The translations under genes and the position numbers were made by a program. The notes beneath the pieces are model-generated. The model had not been told where the DNA came from. It saw only the letters and a program-made list of their open reading frames with translations, and did no database searches. From assembly GCF_035299245.1 (NCBI RefSeq), contig NZ_DATGWY010000019.1, positions 42,363 through 106,362 on the forward strand: a DNA stretch of 64,000 nt, read 5' to 3'. Below are positions 51,753 to 61,528 of the stretch, piece after piece. The DNA comes from Flavobacterium sp. GTDB lineage: Bacteria; Bacteroidota; Bacteroidia; Flavobacteriales; Flavobacteriaceae. The stretch's first letter is position 1, and the number at the start of each line of letters is the position of its first letter.

Positions 51753-54254
51753 TTAAATCAGCTTTCTTCTTCTGAATACTTTATAAATCTCAATCCACAT
51801 TACTGATACAAACCCAACCAAAACACTCAATCCGACTTGCGTCCATGTAACCGAATCAAACAAAAAGAAAGTGCTGAAAACGGGTATAAAAAGCAATAAG
51901 GAAGTCATCAAAATGGTAATTCCAATGATGAGTGGAACTAGGTTGTTTTTGTACTGAATAGTAGTGAAAATAGAGTAATAAAACGAGCGATTGGCCAGTG
52001 TCAAAAAGATGTTGGATGCAATGAGTGCGATAAAGATTACGGTACGAGTGACGTTTTCCGAACAACCATCAGCCACACAATATTGATACACAAACAGTAA
52101 TCCTGCGGTAATTACTAAGCCTTGAATAATACTAATGGAAATTTCTTTTAAATTGAAAAAAGTAGTAGTCAGCGGTCGTGGTTGTTGCAGCATTAAATTG
52201 CGTTCCATGGGTTCGTTTTCGTAAATAATAGAGCAAGTCGGACCCATAATTATCTCAAAAAATATAATGTGAACGGGTGTAAAAATATTGGGATACATCC
52301 AACCCAAAGCCAACGGAATGAATACAATTAATATGATTGGAATGTGAATGGAAATGATGTACTGAATGGCTTTTTTTAAGTTGATGTAAATTTTTCTTCC
52401 CATGGCAATAGCGTCGGTCATTTTGGAAAAATCATCATCAATTAGGATTAAATTGGCGGCTTGTTTAGCGATTTCAGTTCCTTTTTTGCCCATGGCAATT
52501 CCGATGTGCGCCGATTTTAAAGCTGGACCATCATTGACTCCATCGCCTGTCATGGCTACAATTTGGTTGTTGGCTTTTAACGCCTGAATGATTTTTAGTT
52601 TGGCTTCGGGAAACATTCGGGTAAAAATGGCCGTTTCCATTACTTTCACTTTTAGCGTTGCTTCGTCCATGGCCATTAATTCGTCGCCATTTAAGACTTT
52701 GTCTGCCTCTTTAAATCCGACTTGTTTGGCAATAGTTGAGGTGGTTGCTGCATTGTCGCCCGTTACAATTTTCAGTTGAATTCCGGCTTTGTAAAACGTT
52801 TCAAAAACGTCTTGAATGTTGGCTTTCGGCGGATCGTAAAACGCGACCAATCCTTTAAAATGAAACTTCAATTCTTGTTGGGTTTTGGGGTAATCGTTGC
52901 CTGAAAATTCGGTAACACCAACACCTAAAACGCGATAACCTTCGTTGGCGATGGTTTCCATTGCGGTTACAATTTTCTTTTGATCGGCTTCCGATAAATG
53001 ACTTACTTCGATCAACGCTTCGGGTGCGCCTTTGGCAGCGATGATTCTTTTACCATTTTTATCTTCAAAAACGTGTGTCATCATCGGTGGTTTTCCGCTC
53101 AAAGGATATTCATGAATCAATTTAAAATTAGGTCGTTCATCAGTTGATTCTATATTGGTATACGCCTCATGAATGGCAATTTCCATGGCATCAAAAGGCG
53201 TAGGTTCGCTTGACCACATGGCCAAACTTAGTAGTTCTTCGGCTTCAGGGTTGAGTTTTTCGTTGGTATTGACAATGGCATCCGAAGTGAAAAGATACAA
53301 CTGCGCCAAACTCATTTTATTTTCGGTGATGGTTCCGGTTTTGTCGGTGCAGATTACCGTTGCACTTCCCAAGGTTTCTACGGTTTTGGTTTGTTTGGTG
53401 ATGATTCCCATCTTCATCAAACGCCACGCACCCAACGCCATGAAGGAAGCAAATGCCACCGGAATTTCTTCGGGAATAACACTCATGGCAATGGTTAGTG
53501 CTTTGAGTAAACTGTCTAAAACACTTTTCGAATTATAGTAATTTACTGCCCAAACGATGCCAAAAATGAGGATTCCAATAATGGACATTTTCTTGACAAA
53601 GTTGGTAATCTGGATTTGCAAAGGCGTTTTTTCTTCGGCAATTTCATTTAAACTTTTGCCTATTTTTCCGAGTTGCGTTTGGTTTCCGATAGCAGTAACT
53701 TCGCAAATTGCCATTCCTGTTGCCACAGTTGTTCCTTGAAAAACGATTTTATTTTCGGAATCCTCATTTTTAAAAACGGAAAGTGATTCGCCCGTTAATA
53801 TCGCTTCGTTTACTGAAAAATCGTGCGATTGTAAGATTGTAGCATCGGCGGGAACAAAACTTCCTTCTTCGATTTGAATGCAATCACCCAACACAATTTC
53901 TTCGCTTTGAATTTCGATTAGTTCACCATTTCGAATGACTTTACTTTTGGGTTGCGACATTTTTTTGAGCGCATCAATGGCATTACGACTGCGTGATTCC
54001 TGAAAAAGAGAGATTGCCGCTACCAAAAAAATTGCAAAAGTCATAAAGATACCATCACCCAAATCGCCCGAAATATAATAAATACTCGCTGCTGCCACCA
54101 ATAATAAAAACATAGGTTCTTTAACCATTTCGAGTAAAGAATTCAAAAAGTGATTCTTTTTTTGATGTTCTAACGAATTAGAACCTCCCGTTTTTCGAGA
54201 TGAAAGCACCTCTTGATGGGAAAGTCCGGTAATTGATGGTTTAAATTCGCTCAT
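51753..54254 (-). CDS. Cation-translocating P-type ATPase (P2-like)
   Basis: LTGES, TM4 VIPEEIP, DKTGTIT, KGAPE, TGD, TGDGVNDGPAL. Confidence 0.93.
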   Translation of the reverse strand: MSEFKPSITGLSHQEVLSSRKTGGSNSLEHQKKNHFLNSLLEMVKEPMFLLLVAAASIYYISGDLGDGIFMTFAIFLVAAISLFQESRSRNAIDALKKMSQPKSKVIRNGELIEIQSEEIVLGDCIQIEEGSFVPADATILQSHDFSVNEAILTGESLSVFKNEDSENKIVFQGTTVATGMAICEVTAIGNQTQLGKIGKSLNEIAEEKTPLQIQITNFVKKMSIIGILIFGIVWAVNYYNSKSVLDSLLKALTIAMSVIPEEIPVAFASFMALGAWRLMKMGIITKQTKTVETLGSATVICTDKTGTITENKMSLAQLYLFTSDAIVNTNEKLNPEAEELLSLAMWSSEPTPFDAMEIAIHEAYTNIESTDERPNFKLIHEYPLSGKPPMMTHVFEDKNGKRIIAAKGAPEALIEVSHLSEADQKKIVTAMETIANEGYRVLGVGVTEFSGNDYPKTQQELKFHFKGLVAFYDPPKANIQDVFETFYKAGIQLKIVTGDNAATTSTIAKQVGFKEADKVLNGDELMAMDEATLKVKVMETAIFTRMFPEAKLKIIQALKANNQIVAMTGDGVNDGPALKSAHIGIAMGKKGTEIAKQAANLILIDDDFSKMTDAIAMGRKIYINLKKAIQYIISIHIPIILIVFIPLALGWMYPNIFTPVHIIFFEIIMGPTCSIIYENEPMERNLMLQQPRPLTTTFFNLKEISISIIQGLVITAGLLFVYQYCVADGCSENVTRTVIFIALIASNIFLTLANRSFYYSIFTTIQYKNNLVPLIIGITILMTSLLLFIPVFSTFFLFDSVTWTQVGLSVLVGFVSVMWIEIYKVFRRRKLI

Positions 54255-54341
54255 AATGAAATTGTTGTGGTACTCTAAGGTAGTGATTTTTATTGGATTT
54301 ATGGGGAAATGATTGGGTTATTTTTGATAGTGTTCAGTGTT

Positions 54342-54480
54342 CAGAACGCAGAACACAGAAGGCAGAAAGTACTACTGAAATACAAAACGTCTAAACTAGC
54401 CCCGATTGGAGGAAGCACCGCGTGCGACGGAAAGCGGGACGAGGCGTTATTAGAATTACTAAATTGCTGCTTCAAATAAA
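54342..54480 (-). repeat. Direct repeat 2 flanking the P-type ATPase (contains element copy F, 54396-54439)
   Basis: Aligns with 51613-51743. Confidence 0.85.
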
Positions 54481-54553
54481 AAAAAAACCGTTTAATCAGC
54501 GTTTTGTGCAAGCAAATCCGTTTAATCCGCGTTCCAAAATGAGCCAAGTGAAT

Positions 54554-54600
54554 GAGATGCTTCGTTTCCCGAGAAGTCGGGACAAGCTCTCAGCATGACA
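54554..54600. repeat. REP-like unit GAGATGCTTCG...CTCAGCATGACA with nested TCCCGA/TCGGGA palindrome
   Basis: Read directly; related to the GAGATTGCTTCG..CGCAA units. Confidence 0.55.
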
Positions 54601-54632
54601 AGTTAGACGTTTAAAAATCGATGTCTAAAAAA

Positions 54633-54663
54633 ACTAATCACTAATCACTATTCACTAATCACT
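54633..54663. repeat. 7-nt tandem repeat (ACTAATC)
   Basis: About 4.5 units immediately upstream of the guaB -7 element TACATTTG (54672-54679). Confidence 0.75.
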
Positions 54664-54712
54664 TTTTTCACTACATTTGCATGCAATTTAACTACAACAA
54701 CTAAATTGCAAC

Positions 54713-56185
54713 ATGAAGGCACACATTTCTAAAATCGTTGGAGAAGGTCTTACTTACGACGATGTTCTGCTCATCCCAAATTACTCCGAAGTTTTACCGC
54801 GCGAAGTCAGTATTCAATCCAAATTTACACGTAACATTATGTTGAATGTTCCTATCGTTTCCGCTGCAATGGATACGGTAACCGAAAGTTCAATGGCGAT
54901 TGCTATGGCGCAAGAAGGTGGAATAGGCGTACTGCACAAAAACATGACCATCGAGCAACAAGCAGCCAAAGTGCGGAAAGTAAAACGTGCGGAAAGCGGT
55001 ATGATCATCGATCCGGTGACGCTTCCGTTAACCGCCACGGTGGGCGATGCGAAACAAGCGATGAAAGAGTTCAGTATCGGTGGAATTCCGGTAGTGGACG
55101 AAAACGGAACGTTAAAAGGAATTGTGACCAATCGTGATTTGCGTTTTGAAAAAGTCAATTCGCGCTCGATATTGGAAGTGATGACGTCTCAAAATTTAGT
55201 TACCGCTGCCGAAGGAACTACACTACAAGAAGCCGAAGGCATTTTACAAGAAAACAAAATTGAAAAATTGCCTGTTGTAGACAACAATTACAAATTAGTT
55301 GGTTTGATTACCTTTAGAGATATTACCAAATTAGCACAAAAACCAATTGCGAATAAAGATCGTTACGGTCGTTTAAGAGTAGCTGCTGCTTTGGGTGTAA
55401 CTGCCGATGCTTTGGAAAGAGCCACAGCTTTGGTCAATGCTGGAGTAGACGCAGTCATTATTGATACGGCGCACGGACACACGCAAGGCGTGGTAAAAGT
55501 GTTGAAAGAAGTAAAAGCGAAATTTCCTGATTTGGATGTAGTTGTTGGAAATATCGCTACGCCTGAAGCCGCTTTGTATTTAGTAGAAAATGGAGCTGAT
55601 GCGGTGAAAGTCGGTATTGGACCTGGTTCGATTTGTACTACACGTGTTGTGGCTGGAGTTGGTTTTCCACAGTTTTCTGCCGTATTGGAAGTCGCTGCTG
55701 CATTGCGTGGAAGTGGCGTTCCGGTGATTGCTGATGGTGGAATTCGATATACAGGCGATATCCCGAAAGCGATTGCTGCGGGTGCCGATAGTGTAATGTT
55801 GGGTTCATTGTTAGCCGGAACTAAAGAATCGCCAGGTGAAACCATCATTTTTGAAGGAAGAAAATTCAAATCGTACCGCGGAATGGGTTCGGTAGAAGCG
55901 ATGCAAGAAGGTTCGAAAGACCGTTATTTCCAAGATGTAGAAGACGATATTAAAAAATTAGTTCCAGAAGGAATTGTAGGTCGTGTTCCGTACAAAGGTG
56001 AATTGAACGAAAGTATGCAGCAATTCATTGGCGGTTTACGTGCCGGAATGGGTTATTGTGGTGCGAAAGACATTCCGACACTACAAGAAACAGGAAAGTT
56101 TGTTAGAATTACTACCAGTGGAATAGGCGAGAGTCATCCGCATAATGTGACGATTACTAAGGAAGCACCGAATTATTCAAGATAG
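54713..56185 (+). CDS. guaB: IMP dehydrogenase
   Basis: [12 protein letters not shown] pair, [39 protein letters not shown]. Confidence 0.98.
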   Translation: MKAHISKIVGEGLTYDDVLLIPNYSEVLPREVSIQSKFTRNIMLNVPIVSAAMDTVTESSMAIAMAQEGGIGVLHKNMTIEQQAAKVRKVKRAESGMIIDPVTLPLTATVGDAKQAMKEFSIGGIPVVDENGTLKGIVTNRDLRFEKVNSRSILEVMTSQNLVTAAEGTTLQEAEGILQENKIEKLPVVDNNYKLVGLITFRDITKLAQKPIANKDRYGRLRVAAALGVTADALERATALVNAGVDAVIIDTAHGHTQGVVKVLKEVKAKFPDLDVVVGNIATPEAALYLVENGADAVKVGIGPGSICTTRVVAGVGFPQFSAVLEVAAALRGSGVPVIADGGIRYTGDIPKAIAAGADSVMLGSLLAGTKESPGETIIFEGRKFKSYRGMGSVEAMQEGSKDRYFQDVEDDIKKLVPEGIVGRVPYKGELNESMQQFIGGLRAGMGYCGAKDIPTLQETGKFVRITTSGIGESHPHNVTITKEAPNYSR

Positions 56186-56188
56186 TTT

Positions 56189-56274
56189 AACCGCAAAGTT
56201 CGCAAGGTATTTACGCAAGGTTCGCAATGATTATATAGTGTTCTTCGTGTTTTTGCTTTGCGAACTTTGCGGTT
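56189..56274. repeat. 9-nt-period inverted repeat (AACCGCAAAGTTCGCAA / TTGCGAACTTTGCGGTT)
   Basis: Perfect 17-bp arms between convergent guaB and purB; probably also acts as the terminator. Confidence 0.8.
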
Positions 56275-56281
56275 GAAAATT

Positions 56282-57625
56282 TTATATTCCTAAATAATTA
56301 CTTGGCGATATAGCCAATAATTCACTTTTAATGGCCTCCGAAACGTCTAAAGTCCCGATGAATTCGTGAATCGATGCTTTAGTGATGGCTGTGTTGGTTC
56401 TGGTCAATCCTTTCAGCGCTTCATATGGATTTGGATAGCCTTCTCTACGAAGAATCGTTTGAATGGCTTCGGCTACGACTGCCCAATTTTTTTCTAAATC
56501 TTCGGAAAATTTATCTTCGTTTAAAAGAAGTTTGTTTAAGCCTTTTAACGTGGCTTCAAAAGCAATTAAGGTATGTCCGATGGGAACACCAATGTTGCGT
56601 AAAACTGTACTGTCCGTCAAATCGCGTTGCAAACGAGAAACCGGAAGTTTGGCTGAAAGATGTTCAAAAATCGCATTGGCAATTCCGAGATTTCCTTCGC
56701 TGTTTTCAAAATCAATTGGGTTGACTTTGTGAGGCATAGCCGATGAACCGATTTCGCCTGCTTTGATTTTTTGTTTGAAATAATCCATCGAAACGTACGT
56801 CCAGATGTCGCGATCCAAATCGATGATGATGGTGTTGATTCGTTTTAAAGCATCAAAAAAGGCCGCAAAATGATCGTAATGTTCGATTTGAGTAGTAGGG
56901 AATGAATGGTGTAAACCCAATACTTCCTCTACGAAATGCGTCCCAAATTTTTTCCAATCGATGTTAGGATAGGCCACATGATGTGCGTTGTAATTTCCCG
57001 TTGCTCCACCAAATTTAGCGGCAAACGGAATGTTGAACAACAAACGCATTTGCTCCTCTAAACGTTCTACAAACACCAAAATTTCTTTTCCTAATCGAGT
57101 AGGAGAAGCCGGTTGACCGTGTGTTCTTGCTAACATTGGAACGTCTTTCCATTCCATTGCTAATTCTTTTAATTTGGCAATTACAGCAATTAAGCTCGGT
57201 AAATATACTTTTTCAAAAGCTTCTTTAGTGGATAATGGAATGGCTGTGTTGTTGATGTCTTGCGAAGTCAATCCGAAGTGAATGAACTCTTTATAAGGTG
57301 ATAAATTGAGTGCTTCAAATTGGTCCTTGATGAAATATTCCACCGCTTTGACATCGTGGTTGGTTACTTTTTCGGTGTCTTTTATTTTTTGAGCATCTTC
57401 CGAAGAAAAATTAGTATAAATACTGCGTAACTCGTCAAAAAGAGTTACATCTACACCCGAAAGCTGAGGTACATTGGCTTCGCAAAGTGCAATGAAATAT
57501 TCGATTTCGACTAAAACTCGGTATTTGATGAGTGCTTCTTCTGAAAAGTAAGGCGATAAAGAAATCGTTTTGCTTCTGTATCTTCCGTCAATTGGAGAAA
57601 CTGCGTTTAATTCGGATAGTTGCAT
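56282..57625 (-). CDS. purB: Adenylosuccinate lyase
   Basis: SPIDGRY, TNHDVKAVEY, HFGLTSQD, RTHGQPASP, GSSAMPHKVNPIDFEN, LQRDLTDS. Confidence 0.97.
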   Translation of the reverse strand: MQLSELNAVSPIDGRYRSKTISLSPYFSEEALIKYRVLVEIEYFIALCEANVPQLSGVDVTLFDELRSIYTNFSSEDAQKIKDTEKVTNHDVKAVEYFIKDQFEALNLSPYKEFIHFGLTSQDINNTAIPLSTKEAFEKVYLPSLIAVIAKLKELAMEWKDVPMLARTHGQPASPTRLGKEILVFVERLEEQMRLLFNIPFAAKFGGATGNYNAHHVAYPNIDWKKFGTHFVEEVLGLHHSFPTTQIEHYDHFAAFFDALKRINTIIIDLDRDIWTYVSMDYFKQKIKAGEIGSSAMPHKVNPIDFENSEGNLGIANAIFEHLSAKLPVSRLQRDLTDSTVLRNIGVPIGHTLIAFEATLKGLNKLLLNEDKFSEDLEKNWAVVAEAIQTILRREGYPNPYEALKGLTRTNTAITKASIHEFIGTLDVSEAIKSELLAISPSNYLGI

Positions 57626-57658
57626 GAGTTGTGTTGTTGTTTTGAAGGTGCAAATTTA
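57626..57658 (-). promoter_or_regulatory. purB -7 element and leader with CAACACAAC
   Basis: TAAATTTG (57658-57651) and CAACACAAC (57636-57628) on the minus strand. Confidence 0.7.
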
Positions 57659-57767
57659 GTTATTAGTTGTAAGTTGTGAGTTATAAGTTGTGATTTTTTT
57701 TAATCTATAAAGGTTCTCGGCTATAATCTAAAAGTGAATTGAAAATCGATGACCTACAACCAAAAAC

Positions 57768-58466
57768 CTACAACTTCTTCAACAATTTCTCTCTCAAAAT
57801 TGGTACACCTTCCGTTGCATTCATTGCTATTACTTCTAACGGATTGGACAAATCGTAAATAGTAGCCGGATTGGGATCGATGTAAAAAATAGGAATGTTA
57901 TAATTGGTATAATGTAGTAATCCAGCGGCAGGATAAACTTGCAGTGAAGTTCCAATCACAGCAAAATAATCGGCTTGTTGAGTGATTGCAACCGCTTCTT
58001 CCAAAGCCGGAACCGCTTCACCAAACCACACAATGTGGGGTCGAAGTTGAAATCCATCTCGGTCTACATCGCCAATTTTCAAATCGGTTTTCCAATCTAA
58101 AATTTCCAGCGGAGGATTACGATCGCTTCTCACTTTGAATAGTTCGCCGTGCAAATGCAACACCTTTGAACTTCCCGCTTGTTCGTGCAAATTATCGACG
58201 TTTTGAGTGATGATGTGAACGTCGAAATCACTTTCTAACTCAGCCAAAATAATATGACCTAAATTAGGTTGCACTTCGTGTAATTGTCTACGACGTTGGT
58301 TGTAAAAATCGAGCACTAGCTCTTTGTTTTTTCGCCAACCATCGTAAGAGGCCACTTCCATCACATCGTGTCCTTCCCATAATCCGCCTGCATCACGAAA
58401 GGTTTTAATTCCGCTTTCAGCCGAAATTCCGGCGCCAGTTAATACTACCAATTTCTTTTTTTCCAT
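57768..58466 (-). CDS. cobB: NAD-dependent deacylase (sirtuin, CobB-like)
   Basis: TGAGISAESG..TFR, TQNVDNLHE, HLHG, RPHIVWFGE, GTSLQVYPAA; no zinc-binding Cys seen. Start at 58466. Confidence 0.88.
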   Translation of the reverse strand: MEKKKLVVLTGAGISAESGIKTFRDAGGLWEGHDVMEVASYDGWRKNKELVLDFYNQRRRQLHEVQPNLGHIILAELESDFDVHIITQNVDNLHEQAGSSKVLHLHGELFKVRSDRNPPLEILDWKTDLKIGDVDRDGFQLRPHIVWFGEAVPALEEAVAITQQADYFAVIGTSLQVYPAAGLLHYTNYNIPIFYIDPNPATIYDLSNPLEVIAMNATEGVPILREKLLKKL

Positions 58467-58533
58467 TTTCAAAAATAAATAAAAAAACCTCAAATGAACA
58501 ATCAGATGAGGTTTTGAAATGGTGTTTTTAATG

Positions 58534-59307
58534 TTATACTTTTCCTAAAGTGTACAATTGTTCCATTGTAGGCGAAGCACTTCCGCCTGCAGGTTCAAGT
58601 GTAATTCCGAAGGCTTCTGCACCATCGGCATTTTCAACTTTAAACACTCGTGTTTCTTCAGCCGTAAAGTTTTCTAATAAACCTATACTGGTTGGAGTCA
58701 ATACAGGTTGCAGTTTCAACGCCCAAATTTGGTATACTTTTCCTTCTGGTGGTTCAGGTAAACCTGCTGCATCAATGTATACTTCTTTGGTCTGCTTGTT
58801 ATAGTACGCTTTAGCATACGAAGTAGGCGAAACAGCTTGTCCGGCAAGAGCTACAACGGTATTGTTTTGATCTCGGATGACATCTAAAATCGACTCTGTT
58901 GCTTTCTTTTTGCCTTCTAAAACGGTAACTGAATTTTCTAATTCTTTATTTTTATTAATTAATTCTACTTTAGACGAATTCATTTGAAAGTACATGAATC
59001 CTGCGCCTAAAAGCATTACTATGGAAGCAGCCCAACCTAAATAAGCTCTTGACTGCGTTGGTTTCATTTGGATGACTTTGTGTTTTTCCAATAATTTTTG
59101 TCTGATTTGCTCGTAATTTCGTGCAGATAAATGCGGAGCAACACTTTGCGATAAATTAATTACCGCCTTTTCAATGGCTTCAATTTCATCACGAATGTCT
59201 TGATGTTGTGATGCCATTTCCTGAACCTCTTTATTTTCTTGCTCGTTGAGAGTACCAAAAACGAAGAGTTCTAAGATTCCTGATTCTATATATTCTTTAC
59301 TATCCAT
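58534..59307 (-). CDS. Anti-sigma factor, RskA type
   Basis: YIESGILELFVFG N-terminus, one TM helix, YQIWAL, AFGITLEPAGGS..PT. Confidence 0.9.
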   Translation of the reverse strand: MDSKEYIESGILELFVFGTLNEQENKEVQEMASQHQDIRDEIEAIEKAVINLSQSVAPHLSARNYEQIRQKLLEKHKVIQMKPTQSRAYLGWAASIVMLLGAGFMYFQMNSSKVELINKNKELENSVTVLEGKKKATESILDVIRDQNNTVVALAGQAVSPTSYAKAYYNKQTKEVYIDAAGLPEPPEGKVYQIWALKLQPVLTPTSIGLLENFTAEETRVFKVENADGAEAFGITLEPAGGSASPTMEQLYTLGKV

Positions 59308-59830
59308 TTACAAAAGTTCTTAAATCATTTAAGCAATTTCTATTATTTGTTTTCACTGTTCCCAACGGAATATTCAATTCCTCAGAAGCTTCTTGTTGGG
59401 TATATCCTTGGAAAAACAACAACTCAAAAAGTTCAATACATTTTGGTTTTAATCGTCGTAAAAGCGCTTTTATTCCGATTGCATCAATCTTACTCGTTTC
59501 TTTCGAATTGTCGTCTAATAGATTTACGAAATTATCTGTGGATAGGTTTTGAGCACTCTTCTTATAATTTTTAGAACGGAGTTTGTCAATGGTCGTATTC
59601 CGAGCAATATTGAGCATCCACGTGTACAATCGACCCTTTGATTCATTATAAGAATCAATGTTATTCCAGATTTTTACAAATACTTCTTGAAGCACATCTT
59701 CGGCTTCTTCTTTGTTTTTGATTAGATTGAAAATTACTCCATACAAACTTTTTGAGTAATGATCGTATAAATACGTGAAAGAAGATGAGTCCTTCCTCAG
59801 TATCTGTGCTACAATTTCTTCCTGTGTCAT
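59300..59830 (-). CDS. ECF RNA polymerase sigma factor
   Basis: LYDHYS, AEDVLQEVFVKIW, WMLNIARN..ID, region 4 GYTQQEASEELNIPLGTVK; overlaps the anti-sigma gene. Confidence 0.93.
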   Translation of the reverse strand: MTQEEIVAQILRKDSSSFTYLYDHYSKSLYGVIFNLIKNKEEAEDVLQEVFVKIWNNIDSYNESKGRLYTWMLNIARNTTIDKLRSKNYKKSAQNLSTDNFVNLLDDNSKETSKIDAIGIKALLRRLKPKCIELFELLFFQGYTQQEASEELNIPLGTVKTNNRNCLNDLRTFVNG

Positions 59831-59948
59831 ACCTAGTGTTTTTGCGAAGATAAGAAATATAAATTTCTACTTTACTCTACTTTTGTTAAGAAAATTAAAA
59901 AAGGGATGCTTTTTTTTGAATTTTAGTAAGAAATTCTAATTTTGAGCC

Positions 59949-60608
59949 ATGAATTTGGACTTATTAGAATACCTTGAAGGTTTTTTAACCGATAGTAGGA
60001 AAGAAAAATTTCTAAAAATATTAGAAAATCGTACCAACCACTTTACGATTGCAATGGAAGATGTGTATCAACTGCACAATACAAGTGCTGTGATGCGCAG
60101 TTGCGAGGTTTTTGGGATACAGGAATTGAATGTAGTGGAACAAAAATTTGGTAAACGAATCGACACTGAAATTGCGATGGGCGCTCAGAAGTGGGTCGAC
60201 ATTAACAGGTTCAATTCGATGCAAAATTGTATGGATTCTTTAAAAGAAAAAGGCTATCAAATTATTGCAACAACACCACACAATGATTCGTGTATGTTGC
60301 ATGAATTTGATATTTCCAAACGCAGTGCGATTTTTTTTGGAACCGAGCGCGATGGACTTTCGCAAGAAGTGATCGATCAAGCTGATGGTTATTTGAAAAT
60401 TCCGATGGTAGGTTTTACGGAAAGTTTGAATATTTCGGTTTCGGCGGCAATTATTATTCAAGACATTACCAATCGATTACGTCAATCGGAAGTAGATTGG
60501 AAATTAACGCCAGATGAAATTTTGCAAAAACGATTGACCTGGACGCGCAATTCGATTAAAGATATCAAGCGGATTGAGGAAAGATATTACAATCAAAAAA
60601 AGGAATAG
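59949..60608 (+). CDS. TrmH/SpoU family RNA methyltransferase
   Basis: EDVYQLHNTSAVMRS, FGTERDGLS, IPMVGFTESLNISVS. Confidence 0.9.
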   Translation: MNLDLLEYLEGFLTDSRKEKFLKILENRTNHFTIAMEDVYQLHNTSAVMRSCEVFGIQELNVVEQKFGKRIDTEIAMGAQKWVDINRFNSMQNCMDSLKEKGYQIIATTPHNDSCMLHEFDISKRSAIFFGTERDGLSQEVIDQADGYLKIPMVGFTESLNISVSAAIIIQDITNRLRQSEVDWKLTPDEILQKRLTWTRNSIKDIKRIEERYYNQKKE

Positions 60609-60615
60609 TTTATTT

Positions 60616-61383
60616 CTATTTCTTTCTCAGCACCTTATATTCCTCATAACAGCCACTAATCGCATCCATGATTTGAAGATCATTAGCGGTTTCAATAAAG
60701 GTTTGAGAATAATTACAGTGTTGAAGTATCTCTGGAATTTCGTCTTTGTCAATTCCTAAAAGTGCCGCCAATGTTTCGCGATCAAATTTGGTTTCTAAGG
60801 CATTTCGAACCGTGTCGTCTTTACGCATTTCCTTCAGCTTTCGGAGTTCTTTGGGTTTGTTTCCGAAGAAATTATACAGCATATCAGCTGGATTGAAAAT
60901 GGAGTTCATCACTCTCGAAAAGGCTTTTGGTGACTGCTCTCCAACTTCATACGATTTTGATAAACCCGAAATGCTGTACGAATAATTCTCTTTATATGGA
61001 ATCAATTTGCTATCCACTTCCAAATAACCAGTAAGCATGTATTTACGTACTAAAACTTCTTCCAAAGCGATGGCTTTTTCGGTTAAAAGGATTTTAGTGG
61101 TTTCGTTTTTAACCCAGTCATTGGTGACTCTCACCCGCAATGATTGATATCCGATGCAAGTAATGTGAATCGTATCGTTCACACTGGCTTCAATTTCAAA
61201 TACACCTTTACTGTTCGAAGTCGACCCTTTTACTTTGTTGATGTTAATTACATTCACATTGGATAGTGGAAGTAAATTAACGCTGTTTAAAATGGTTCCA
61301 GAAACTTTAGTTTTGAGCGAAGTGTCTTGCGCAAAAGTAGTGTTTAGGGTAAGTAGAAGTAGGAAAGCTAGTAGATATCTCAT
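60616..61383 (-). CDS. Carboxypeptidase-regulatory-like domain protein
   Basis: Signal peptide; SGTILN..PLSNVNV..GSTSN.KG.F, CIGY, LEEVLV. Confidence 0.75.
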   Translation of the reverse strand: MRYLLAFLLLLTLNTTFAQDTSLKTKVSGTILNSVNLLPLSNVNVININKVKGSTSNSKGVFEIEASVNDTIHITCIGYQSLRVRVTNDWVKNETTKILLTEKAIALEEVLVRKYMLTGYLEVDSKLIPYKENYSYSISGLSKSYEVGEQSPKAFSRVMNSIFNPADMLYNFFGNKPKELRKLKEMRKDDTVRNALETKFDRETLAALLGIDKDEIPEILQHCNYSQTFIETANDLQIMDAISGCYEEYKVLRKK

Positions 61384-61463
61384 TGTCAGTTTTGAATGGT
61401 TAAAAGTAGTAAAGTCAACGGATATTTTATCTCAATTATAAGAAAATTAACAAAATGATGTAA

Positions 61464-61502
61464 AAAAACTCCAATCAAAATAAATTCAGATTGGAGTTTT
61501 TA
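61464..61502. terminator. Intrinsic terminator of the helicase gene
   Basis: AAAAAACTCCAATC..GATTGGAGTTTTT. Confidence 0.75.
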
Positions 61503-61528
61503 TTCATTAGAATATGAAGCTTTTACAA

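Noticed and set aside
54341-54547. 68-aa minus-strand ORF upstream of the ATPase
   Set aside because: Made up of repeat sequence (direct repeat 2).
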